From the NCBI GenBank assembly GCA_963723515.1, contig CAVRQT010000002.1, positions 192,001 through 256,000 on the forward strand: a stretch of 64,000 nt of DNA, read 5' to 3'. A program made the translations under genes and the position numbers. This DNA is from Vulcanimicrobiota bacterium (GTDB taxonomy: Bacteria > Vulcanimicrobiota > Vulcanimicrobiia > Vulcanimicrobiales > Vulcanimicrobiaceae). This document shows positions 39,757 through 48,494 of the stretch, piece by piece; position 1 is the first letter of the stretch, and each line of letters starts with the position of its first letter. The notes beneath the pieces are model-generated. The model did no database searches, was not told the origin of the DNA, and was given only the letters and a program-made list of their open reading frames with translations.

Positions 39757-41176
39757 ATTCATCAACTTCGGTGGCGCATTGCGCTATGGTATGCCGTGCT
39801 TTTGGCTGCCGTGATCATCTTGATCGGCGTCGTCGTGACGGCCCGTTTCCAGTCGATCCTCTACGATCAAGCGCGTAGCCGCATCGATCGCACGATGCAG
39901 GACATCGCGCGCATCGCCAATCCGTCGTCGAACCCGTTCTTGAACATCGGAGAGTCGGCGCCGATCGAGCAGACCTTAGCGAATAGCGATAATCTCGAAC
40001 GCTGGTCTTCACCGACCACATTTCTGCAGGTCGACAACGCGCAGGGCTACCCGATCGGCAAGAGCTCAAACATGGGCGGAATGTCGTTTCCGCCGGCCAC
40101 TGGACTGAGCGCGAAGCACGACACGACGTATCGAACCGTGCGGCTCCAGCGCGGCGAATTCTTGGTCGAGGACCGGCTTTTCAGCGAGGGCGGCAAGCGG
40201 CAATTCGTCATCCACGTCGGCGAGCCGCTCGATCAGTTAGACGAGACCTTCGCGCGGACTCGAGAGACAATCGCGATCATCATCGCGCTGGCGATCGTTG
40301 CCGTCATCATTCTTTCGGTCGCGCTCGCGGGACGCGCCACTCGGCCGCTTGGTGAGCTTGCGATGGCGATGCGCGAGATTGGCTCCGAACGGCTGAATCG
40401 GCGGCTGAAGTGGAAGGGGCGCGATGACGAAATCGGCAGGCTCGCGGAAACCTTCGACGAGATGCTCGCGCGGCTTGAAGAGGCATTTGCGCGCGAACGC
40501 CAGTTCATCTCTGACGCGTCGCACGAACTGAAAACGCCGCTGACTTCGATCAATGCGAACGCGCAGATGCTTCGGCGTTGGGGTTCGACGGATGAACGCG
40601 TGCGGTGCTGAAAGCCTCGAAATGATCGCGCAAGAATCGGCTGCGCTCGCAAGCATGGTCAACGGCATGTTGACGCTTGCCAAGGCTGAGTCGGCCGAGA
40701 ACGTTCCTAAAGAGGCGGTCGAATTGAAGCGCGTCGCAGAAGAAGCGGTCAATAGCGCGCGCGTCCGAGCCGCGTGAAAAAGGGCTCGGCGTTGGAGCTG
40801 CACTTCGAGGGCGACCCGGTCTGTCTCGGGCGATGCGAACTTGCTCCGGCAGATGATCGCGAACCTGATAGACAACGCGATCAAATTCACCGACCGTGGA
40901 CGCATCGACGTCTCTATCAAGCGCGACGATCGGCAAGCCGTGGTTGAAGTTTGCGATACCGGCAGTGGCATTGCGGCGGATGAGCTGCCGCACATCTTCG
41001 ATCGCTTCTATCGCGCGGACAAATCACGCAATCGCAGCGTCCCAGGCACCGGTCTTGGCCTCGCGATCGTCCGCAGCATCGCGCGCGCACATAAAGGGAG
41101 CGTCTCCGCCGAAGCGACTGCCGCCGGCGGCGCTTGTTTGCGCGTCTCTTTCCCGACCCTAGACGGCTCCGGCTAG
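39757..41176 (+). CDS. HAMP-domain sensor histidine kinase (apparent frameshifts; start approximate)
   Basis: Two TM segments, DEIGRLA, DASHELKTPLT, NLIDNAIKF, DTGSGI, FDRFYR, GTGLGL. Confidence 0.92.
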
Positions 41177-41232
41177 CGGCCCTGGGCGAAATAATCGTCT
41201 TCTCATGAACCTTCGCGGCAGCAGTTCGTAGA

Positions 41233-42305
41233 ATGAGTACGGTGTCCACAATTGCGCCGCGTCTGCCGAAGCCGGCGGCGGCGATCCTTTTCGTATTCTC
41301 CTTCCTGAGCGGATTGCGCGGCGTTGCGTCAGCCGATCAGGGGCTCTATGCCGCTGCCAATGCGCCGGTCATTAACCTCAGCATCAACGGCGGGACCCTC
41401 AACGTACGAACGTGGGACCGACCGCAGGTGCAGATTCAGTCAACGGTTGCGCTGCAGGTGCAACAGTTTTCGAGCGCGGCGATGATGCGCAATGTGCCGC
41501 GTGAGATCGCCGTGTTGGCCGGACAGATTCAGTCGCCACGCGGCTTGCTGACGATGCCCCGTGAGACCTTCGTCGTCGGTTCAGCTGCAAGCGGTCCGCA
41601 TGACGGCATCGCCATCACCGGCTCAGGCGGGGAAACGACGATCACGATTCCCGCCTCCACGGCGCTGCTCGTCACAAGAATGCCTCGCGGCTTCGTCACG
41701 ATCGACGGTTATCGCACCGGCACGTTCTTCGTGCGCCTGCGAAACGGCTGGGTTCACATGACCAACGTCGGCGGTGAAGGCTTCGTTCAGGTTATGCGCG
41801 GGCCGATCGTCGCCAGCGATTCGAGCTTTCTCAGACTGCGCGCGCGCTCGGCGATCGGAAACATCATCTTCGAACGCTGCCACGCGCGCCAAATCGAAGT
41901 TTCCACGATTGCGGGCGCGATTAGTTTTGACAATGGGTCTTTTGAGCCCGGGCTCGCGCGTTTTGAATCACAATACGGCCCGGTGGCGCTTGGGCATCGG
42001 TTCGGGAAATGCGCAGATCGCGGCGCATAGCGACGGCGGACGGATTCTCGTAAACTACGAGCGCGCTGCGCGCGTCGATGCGCATGGAAACGACGCCACG
42101 GCGGCTGTCGGCGCCGGCGGACCGCTCGTAAACGTCTCGTCGGGTGGGCCGGTGTTGCTCTACGACGGCGCGATACGATCGCGCTCTCGACTGAGCGGCG
42201 GTTGGAAAGCAGCCGGCGAGGTGATCGATCGCGTCCAGCAACGCGTGCAAAAACCGGTGCCGTCGCCGCAATTGACGCGACGCCCCACCGCGCATTCGGC
42301 CTTAA
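41233..42305 (+). CDS. Secreted DUF4097/adhesin-like beta-repeat protein (apparent frameshift; 3' end approximate)
   Basis: Signal peptide, GTLNVRTWDRPQVQI, and repeated S/T-x-x-G-x-I beta units. Confidence 0.65.
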
Positions 42306-42723
42306 AGCAGAAATTTGCGCAAGACCGCGACGTCTTTTTTCCAGGCGTGTTGCGGCAAGATGGCTTCCTCTCGAAAACCGCAACGCTCGAAAAACGCTTG
42401 CGCCGTCGCTTCGATGCGGAACTTGGACCGTCAATTTGTGGCAGTTGTTGTAGCTTCCGATTTCCGTCGCCGTCTCTAAGAGACGACGGCCGATTCCGCG
42501 GCGACGGCGCATCAGGCTGCACGATGATTTCGTCAATGTGACCGAGGTTGTCGCTCACGCGCATACGCAGCGCTCCGATCACACGATCGTCGTCGAGTGC
42601 AGCGACATCGTACGTCTGTTCGTAGCCGACGATGTTGAAGCCCCAAAGCGTATTCAGAGCCTCACGGCGTGCCGTCTTAAAGAACTCATCGACTCGCTCA
42701 TCGTGCACCCGCACGATCTCAAC
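42302..42723 (-). CDS. GNAT-family acetyltransferase (apparent frameshifts; start approximate)
   Basis: IDEIIVQPDA continuing as RRRGIGRRLLE (motif A), CHKLTV, FFERCGFREEA. Confidence 0.8.
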
Positions 42724-43516
42724 CGGCGGCAGCGGCGACCTCAATATCGACGTCCAAACGATAACCGTCGCGCGCCGCGATGACACGCCGTCCCGACGTA
42801 TTCTCCAATTCCTCAGCCAGCCGGTTCGGATCGCGCTCGAGCATCTTCGTTCCGAAATGCGAGAGGACCGCAACTTTCGGGCGTACGCCATCCAAGACTC
42901 GAACGGCGTCATCGAAGGTCAGGTGGTCGACGTCCATCGTGTCCCGGTACCGCAGGACATTGACGATCAGCACATCGGGTTCATGACGCGCATAATCTTC
43001 GATCAAGCCGTCAAAAAAGCGGCCGCAGGGCATGTAGGAGATCGTGCGCCCCTCGTGCGCGAAATGCAAGCCGTACGTCTCAACGGCATGCACGTGCTGC
43101 ATGGACGTTCGCAATTCCACATCGCCGATGCGGTAGGGTCCGGCACTCGGCTTGAGCCGTTCAACTTTCTCGACGAAGCGAAGTGCGTAGGGAAAGACGA
43201 CCGGCTCACCTTCGAGCGCGTCGCTCGGCGCAAGAACGATGCCGCGTTTGCGAAAGCCGCCATGCGTCATCGCCTCGATCATGATGTTGATGTCGTTGCT
43301 GTGGTCCAAGTGCTTATGTGAAAGCACGAGCGCACTGAGTTCCGAGGGCACGCACGGTGGCACGAGCGAAAGCGCTCGCACGAGCGCGCCCGGACCCGGA
43401 TCGACGTGAATCTGCGTCTGACCGAAACGCATCCACATGCCGCCCGATGCGCGCAGCTGGCGCGCGACGACGAAGCGCGCGCCGCCGGTTCCTAAGAAAA
43501 GCACGCTCGCGCTCAT
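42719..43516 (-). CDS. MBL-fold metallo-hydrolase
   Basis: FLGTGG, VDPGPG, LSHKHLDH motif, LSHFG. Confidence 0.9.
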   Translation of the reverse strand: MSASVLFLGTGGARFVVARQLRASGGMWMRFGQTQIHVDPGPGALVRALSLVPPCVPSELSALVLSHKHLDHSNDINIMIEAMTHGGFRKRGIVLAPSDALEGEPVVFPYALRFVEKVERLKPSAGPYRIGDVELRTSMQHVHAVETYGLHFAHEGRTISYMPCGRFFDGLIEDYARHEPDVLIVNVLRYRDTMDVDHLTFDDAVRVLDGVRPKVAVLSHFGTKMLERDPNRLAEELENTSGRRVIAARDGYRLDVDIEVAAAAG

Positions 43517-44500
43517 GCGCTTCGCGCTGCCAGCCAATCATTGAGAAGCGGAAAGAGTTGCGTGCGGCCGATCTTTGAAGCGACCATTCCGATATGGCCG
43601 CCGTTCACTTCGCGATACGTAATGTCGCGGGAGCCAAGCGCATAGCGAACCGGCCGCGATGAATCGGCCGGAACGATCGTATCGCCCGGCGCAGCAACGA
43701 TCAGCGCAGCCGCTTCAATATCCCGCGGATCAACCGTCTTCCCATCGAGCGCTACGCCGCGCGATTGCAGGCGGTTTTCTTGGTAGAACCACTGCACCCA
43801 CTCGCGCGCAGCGGCGCCAGGAAAGGCGACCCAATCGTTCGCCCAACGATCCATCGCCGCAAAAGCGCGGGCGGAGTTTTCATTCCTGTACGAGCCGCCG
43901 AAGGCTAAGGCGGCGCGCATTTTGGCGGTGGGCCGCAGCAGCGTAAAGACCGTCTCGACGAGGTGTGCCGGCACCGTGCCGAAGATTTCCGTGATCCGCT
44001 CCACGTCCAAATAGCGCTTGCTGCACCAGCGCGCTAAGATGCCGCCCGCTTCGAAATCGTACGGTGCCGCGAGCATGACCAGATTATCGTCCGCGATCGA
44101 CTTGCGCACCGCGCTCGCCATCAGCGCGAGCGTTCCGCCCATGCAGTAGCCCAATAACGTCATGTGCCGGAGCGCGGCTGAAGGCCGCGACGCGGTCGAG
44201 CGCCTTAGCGATATACTCGCAGACGACCGCTTCTAATGAAAGGCCGGCGTCTTCATCGCTCATGATGCCCCAATCGATCAAGTAGACGTCGTGGCCGGCC
44301 GCGCAAAGCGATTCAATGAGCGAAAGGCCTGGCGAGAGATCCAGAATGTAGGAACGGCTAATCAGTGCGGGGATGCAGACGATCGGCTTACGGTAGCGGA
44401 CGCTTGAAAAGAAGTGCAACACCGACATTTTTCGGTGTTGCATGATGACTTCGTAAGGCGTTACGCCGTGGTAGTGGGAGAGTTGAGGGGACTTAACTTC
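43513..44500 (-). CDS. phaC: Short polyhydroxyalkanoate synthase subunit PhaC (class III/IV size; apparent frameshift near 44165; start approximate)
   Basis: GVTPYEV, PALISRSYILDLSP, DVYLIDWG, lipase box GYCMGG, catalytic D (PGDTIV) and H (GGHIG). Confidence 0.88.
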
Positions 44501-44501
44501 G

Positions 44502-45284
44502 CTACCAACCCATGTAGATGCCGCCGTTGATGTTGAGCGACTGCCCCGTCATGTAATCCGCTTCGGTAACCAAAAAACGCACGCCGCGCGCGACTTCATC
44601 CGGTTCGGCGACGCGATGCATCGGAATTCGGTCGAGGATCTTCTCCTGAATGTTCGGCGGAACGGTGCGCCACATTTCGGTGTTCACAAAGCCCGGACAA
44701 ACGGCGTTGACCAGAATGTTGTTGCGCGCGAGCTCGATCGCGAGCGATTTTGTAAAGCCGATGATGCCGGCTTTGGCTGCCGAGTAATTCGACTGCCCGA
44801 AGTTGCCCATCTGTCCGACGAACGACGAGATGTTGACGATCCGGCCGCCGCCTTGCTCGATCATGTGCGGCACGACCGCATGGCATGTATTCATCACGCT
44901 CGTTAAGTTCGTGTTGATGACCTCATGCCAATCAGAGAGCGACATCTTGCGAAACGTGCGATCGCGCAGGATGCCCGCGTTGTTGATGAGGATGTCGAGA
45001 TGCCCATCTTGCTCGTAGATGCGATCGACCATCTCTTTGACGGAATCGGCGTCGGAAACGTCGCCGGCTTCCGAGCGGGCGGAGCCGCCGCCGTCTTTGA
45101 TGCCTTGCACGACAAGATCTGCCGCCTCTTTGCCGCGGACGTAGTTGATGACCGTGTGGGCGCCGCAACGCGCCAATTCCGCGGCGATGGCTGCGCCGAT
45201 ACCGCGCGAGCTCCCGGTGACGAGGGCGACCTTACCGACGAGCGGTGCAGCTTCTTGGAACGGCTTCGGGCGAGTTTCGAGCAT
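44502..45284 (-). CDS. phaB: Acetoacetyl-CoA reductase (SDR)
   Basis: TGSSRGIG, NNAGILRDRTFRKM, GQMGNFGQSNYSAAKAG; pha gene context. Confidence 0.87.
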   Translation of the reverse strand: MLETRPKPFQEAAPLVGKVALVTGSSRGIGAAIAAELARCGAHTVINYVRGKEAADLVVQGIKDGGGSARSEAGDVSDADSVKEMVDRIYEQDGHLDILINNAGILRDRTFRKMSLSDWHEVINTNLTSVMNTCHAVVPHMIEQGGGRIVNISSFVGQMGNFGQSNYSAAKAGIIGFTKSLAIELARNNILVNAVCPGFVNTEMWRTVPPNIQEKILDRIPMHRVAEPDEVARGVRFLVTEADYMTGQSLNINGGIYMGW

Positions 45285-45336
45285 CACAGTTCCCTCCGCT
45301 AGGGAATGTGGCAATTAGAAACCCGCGAGGTTTACC

Positions 45337-45660
45337 CTACTTTTTTGTTTTCTTCTTCTTCTTGATCTGGTGGATCAGCTCGTCGATGCGCGTCGTCAAA
45401 TCATCGACGCGTTGCGCGAGTCGGGCGACTTCTGCGCGCGTCGGCAAATTAGAAGCCGCGAGGAAACGCTCGACGTTCTCGCGGCTGACTTGGGTTGCGT
45501 TCAAATACGCTTCTAGCGCTTTGCTGAGCGACTGCGCAAAGGCATCGCTGCCGGCGGCGCGTTCGAAAAGCGCACTGAGCTGCTTCTCTTGCGCCGCCGC
45601 GATTTGGCGCCACGCCTCAAACGGGTCGGACGTGTCCTGAGCCCGGTCGAAGGGCGCCAT
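45337..45660 (-). CDS. PHA synthase second subunit (PhaR/PhaE-like)
   Basis: DPFEAW, SDAFAQSL, FLAASNLPTRAEVARLAQRVDDL coiled coil. Confidence 0.75.
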   Translation of the reverse strand: MAPFDRAQDTSDPFEAWRQIAAAQEKQLSALFERAAGSDAFAQSLSKALEAYLNATQVSRENVERFLAASNLPTRAEVARLAQRVDDLTTRIDELIHQIKKKKKTKK

Positions 45661-45671
45661 CTAGTCTTTGC

Positions 45672-46073
45672 TTACTTGGCGCTCTTGGCCGCCGCTTCAA
45701 CGTGCTTCGTGAAGCCGTCGATTTGATGGCCGGTCGCTTCTTTGACGTAGTTCAGGTTGGAAACCATCACGTCGCCGAGGCCTTGGAAGCCGCGCTGCGC
45801 CGTTTCCTGCCAGGCCTTCGCGTTATCGACGGCCGCGTTCGCTAGGCCGCTGTATTGCGCCGCTGCTTCGCGGAGAAATTTTTCGCGCAGCTCGAACAGC
45901 TTGCCGGTGCGCTCGAAATTCTCGTTGATGATCGCGTCCGGCCGAATCGCCGAGTACGGCTTGGCCATCACGTCAAAACTCGCTTTCGCATACTCGAGCG
46001 CGCGCGTCGCTGCCGACGTCATCGCATCGATCGAAAGCTCGAACGTTTGGGTGGAAAGGTCGATGTAGTTCAC
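45672..46073 (-). CDS. Putative phasin (granule-associated protein)
   Basis: Ala-rich amphipathic helical protein located between the regulator and the synthase subunits. Confidence 0.6.
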   Translation of the reverse strand: MNYIDLSTQTFELSIDAMTSAATRALEYAKASFDVMAKPYSAIRPDAIINENFERTGKLFELREKFLREAAAQYSGLANAAVDNAKAWQETAQRGFQGLGDVMVSNLNYVKEATGHQIDGFTKHVEAAAKSAK

Positions 46074-46468
46074 TTGTGCTCCTGTTTATCTGAAGTCCAA
46101 TTGCCCGTGTACAAATTGAAGAACGCGTCGAGATTCGTGCGGTACGCTTCGAGTGCGGTGCTCCACAACTTGAGCGCGTCGGTTCCGGCGTCGGTCAAGG
46201 TGTAGACGCGACGCGCCGGACCTTGATCCTTAGCGTCCCACCACGAGCTGATGTAGCCATCACGCTCGAGCTGGCGGAGTGCCCGGTAGACGGTTCCAGG
46301 ATCCGAAATCACGTCGAAGCGCTCTTTAAGCTCCTTCATGATCTCGTAGCCGTGGAGGTTGTAGCCCTTGAGCATGACGAGCAGCCACGCCATCAGGTAG
46401 TTCTTAGGAGTTCCTTTGGGCGGCCGTCCCGCTTCTTTGTGGGCCTGCTCTTCCGAGGCGTTCTTCAT
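46070..46468 (-). CDS. phaQ: PadR-family PHB-responsive repressor, PhaQ-like
   Basis: PKNYLMAWLL, LHGY, DPGTVYRALRQLE, GPARRVYTLT and AFFNLYT, resembling Bacillus PhaQ. Confidence 0.8.
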   Translation of the reverse strand: MKNASEEQAHKEAGRPPKGTPKNYLMAWLLVMLKGYNLHGYEIMKELKERFDVISDPGTVYRALRQLERDGYISSWWDAKDQGPARRVYTLTDAGTDALKLWSTALEAYRTNLDAFFNLYTGNWTSDKQEHK

Positions 46469-46506
46469 GCCACTATGTGCATTTTACACCTAAGTGCTGA
46501 CACGCG

Positions 46507-46944
46507 TCAACTGGCCGCTTCAGCCGGTTCATCGTCTTCTGCGACGATGTCGCTAACGAGGCAGACGGCTTGGCCTTCCATGACCGTCACGCCGTCTTGG
46601 TTGACGCACTCGGTCCGAAGAGTCAGGATCTGCTTATCGGGCCGGTACTTTAGCACGGTCACCTTGGCCGTGATCTCGTCATCGAGGTAGACCGGCGCCT
46701 TGAACGTCAGACTTTGGCTCAGATAAATCGTCCCCGGTCCGGGAAGTTCCGAGCCGAGGACGGCAGAGACGTACGAGGCGGTCAGGAGTCCGTGGGCGAT
46801 GCGGCGCTTGAATCTCGTGGTCGACGCAAAATCGGCGTCGAGGTGGATCGGGTTGCGGTCGCCGGTGATCTCAGCGAACCGCTCCACGTCGGCGGCGGTC
46901 ACCCGGCGGGTCATCGCCGCCTGCTGACCCTCAAGAAAATACAT
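46507..46944 (-). CDS. phaJ: MaoC-family (R)-specific enoyl-CoA hydratase (PhaJ-like)
   Basis: FAEITGDRNPIHLD, RIAHG, LPGPGTIYLSQSLTFKAPV. Confidence 0.85.
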   Translation of the reverse strand: MYFLEGQQAAMTRRVTAADVERFAEITGDRNPIHLDADFASTTRFKRRIAHGLLTASYVSAVLGSELPGPGTIYLSQSLTFKAPVYLDDEITAKVTVLKYRPDKQILTLRTECVNQDGVTVMEGQAVCLVSDIVAEDDEPAEAAS

Positions 46945-47088
46945 GCTTATCCTCTTATGGCGCAGGCAAAGTCACCTATCTGACTATTACAGATAGGCGG
47001 AGTCAGGGCGTGGGTTGCACGCGGTCGCAGCATTCGGCCGGCCCTTTTCGCGCTCAGTCAGTCATAGCGCGCATGGCGACGTGCGATC

Positions 47089-47212
47089 TGTCACGGTGAG
47101 TTCATCGAAGCGCGACGATGATTTTTGCGTTTCGAGATGGTCCCATTGTCATCCTGAGCCTGTCGAAGGATGACTTAAGGTAATGTCACATTTCGACAAG
47201 CTCAATGTGACA
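47089..47212. repeat. REP-like family 2 cluster: one degenerate copy plus an inverted pair
   Basis: TGTCACGGTGAGTTCATCGAAG (47089), TGTCATCCTGAGCCTGTCGAAGGATGAC (47147), inverted TGTCACATTTCGACAAGCTCAATGTGACA (47184). Confidence 0.85.
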
Positions 47213-47230
47213 CAGGGACCGCGGGGATCC

Positions 47231-48454
47231 TCAGCCGATCGCGGCGATGGTGCTGAAGTTGCCCGACAAGATAGGCGCTGCGGGCCGCCCTAGCCAGCGC
47301 TCGAGCACCGTTGCGTACACGCTTCGGAAATCGGTCGTGAAGCCGAGGTTTCCCATGTTCAAGCGCGAGAGATCCGGATAAGAGCCATACATTCCGCCCT
47401 TGACGCCGCCGCCGATCATGAACAGCGGCGATGCTTCGCCATGGTCCGTTCCACGGCTGGCATTTTCACCTACGCGCCGTCCGAACTCCGAGAACGTCAG
47501 CGTCAAGACCCGCCCATCATTGCCATGCGCCGAAAGATCATTGTAAAACGCCGCGATCGCATCAGAGAACTCGCCGAGCAAGCGGTCTTGCGTTCCCTTT
47601 TGATTGACGTGCGTATCAAATGAGCCGTGCTGCACGTAGAGCACACGCGTTCCAATGTTGCTGCCGATAATCTGCGCCGCTAATGCGAGGCTGCGCCCGA
47701 TCGGCGAGGCCGGATACGATGCATCGGTCTTGTAGCCGGCAATCAGCTTCGGAAGCTCTTCCGAGCCTTTTTGTGCGTGGTCTTCAATCTCCATCACGTG
47801 GCCCAAGTACGGCGAGCGGAACGGCAACCGCGTATCTTCCACAATCGACGAGTAAGCCGAGCGCGCCGCGCCATTGCGGTCGCTGATCAAACCGTAGCCG
47901 TTAATTTGCGGCACGGCGGGAACGTCCGTAGACCGCGCCACGAGCGCCTCAGGCAGCACCTGCGAGATTGCAACACCGTTGAAGAGGTTGTTCTTGGGAA
48001 GATTCGCGTCATCGAGATAACGCCCGAGCCACCCGGTGTGCTCGTAGCGATCCGGCGCGGCGGTCTGCCAGATTTCGGTCGAGCGGAAATGCGAATGATC
48101 CGGATCCGGATAGCCGACGCCTTGAACGATCGCCACCATCCCTTTGTCATAGAGCGCCTTGAACGATTTCATCGTCGGATTGAGACCGATTCGTTCGTTG
48201 ATTTGCAAGACGTTCGATTTCGGAATGCCGAGCGTCGGACGGAAACGATAATATCCGTCGTCGCCATGCGGCACGACACAATTCAAACCGTCATTGCCGC
48301 CTTGCAAATTGACGAGCACGAGAACGCGATTGGCGCCTCCCTGAAGACCAGGCAACAGCGGTCCGGCGAGCGCCCGTGCAAAGAAGTGGTCGGCGTTGGC
48401 AACGATCGTGAGTCCGCTGACGGTGCCGAGTAAGAAGTGGCTGCGTTTTAACAT
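47231..48454 (-). CDS. DUF1501 domain protein
   Basis: LQGGNDGLN, SHFRSTEIW, GWLGR, FDTH, FSEFGRR, GTDHG. Confidence 0.93.
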   Translation of the reverse strand: MLKRSHFLLGTVSGLTIVANADHFFARALAGPLLPGLQGGANRVLVLVNLQGGNDGLNCVVPHGDDGYYRFRPTLGIPKSNVLQINERIGLNPTMKSFKALYDKGMVAIVQGVGYPDPDHSHFRSTEIWQTAAPDRYEHTGWLGRYLDDANLPKNNLFNGVAISQVLPEALVARSTDVPAVPQINGYGLISDRNGAARSAYSSIVEDTRLPFRSPYLGHVMEIEDHAQKGSEELPKLIAGYKTDASYPASPIGRSLALAAQIIGSNIGTRVLYVQHGSFDTHVNQKGTQDRLLGEFSDAIAAFYNDLSAHGNDGRVLTLTFSEFGRRVGENASRGTDHGEASPLFMIGGGVKGGMYGSYPDLSRLNMGNLGFTTDFRSVYATVLERWLGRPAAPILSGNFSTIAAIG

Positions 48455-48468
48455 TTAGATTCCTTTTG

Positions 48469-48492
48469 TGTCACCCTGAGCTTGTCGAAGGG
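48469..48492 (+). repeat. REP-like family 2 copy
   Basis: TGTCACCCTGAGCTTGTCGAAGGG in the 40-nt gap between the DUF1800 and DUF1501 genes. Confidence 0.85.
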
Positions 48493-48494
48493 CT

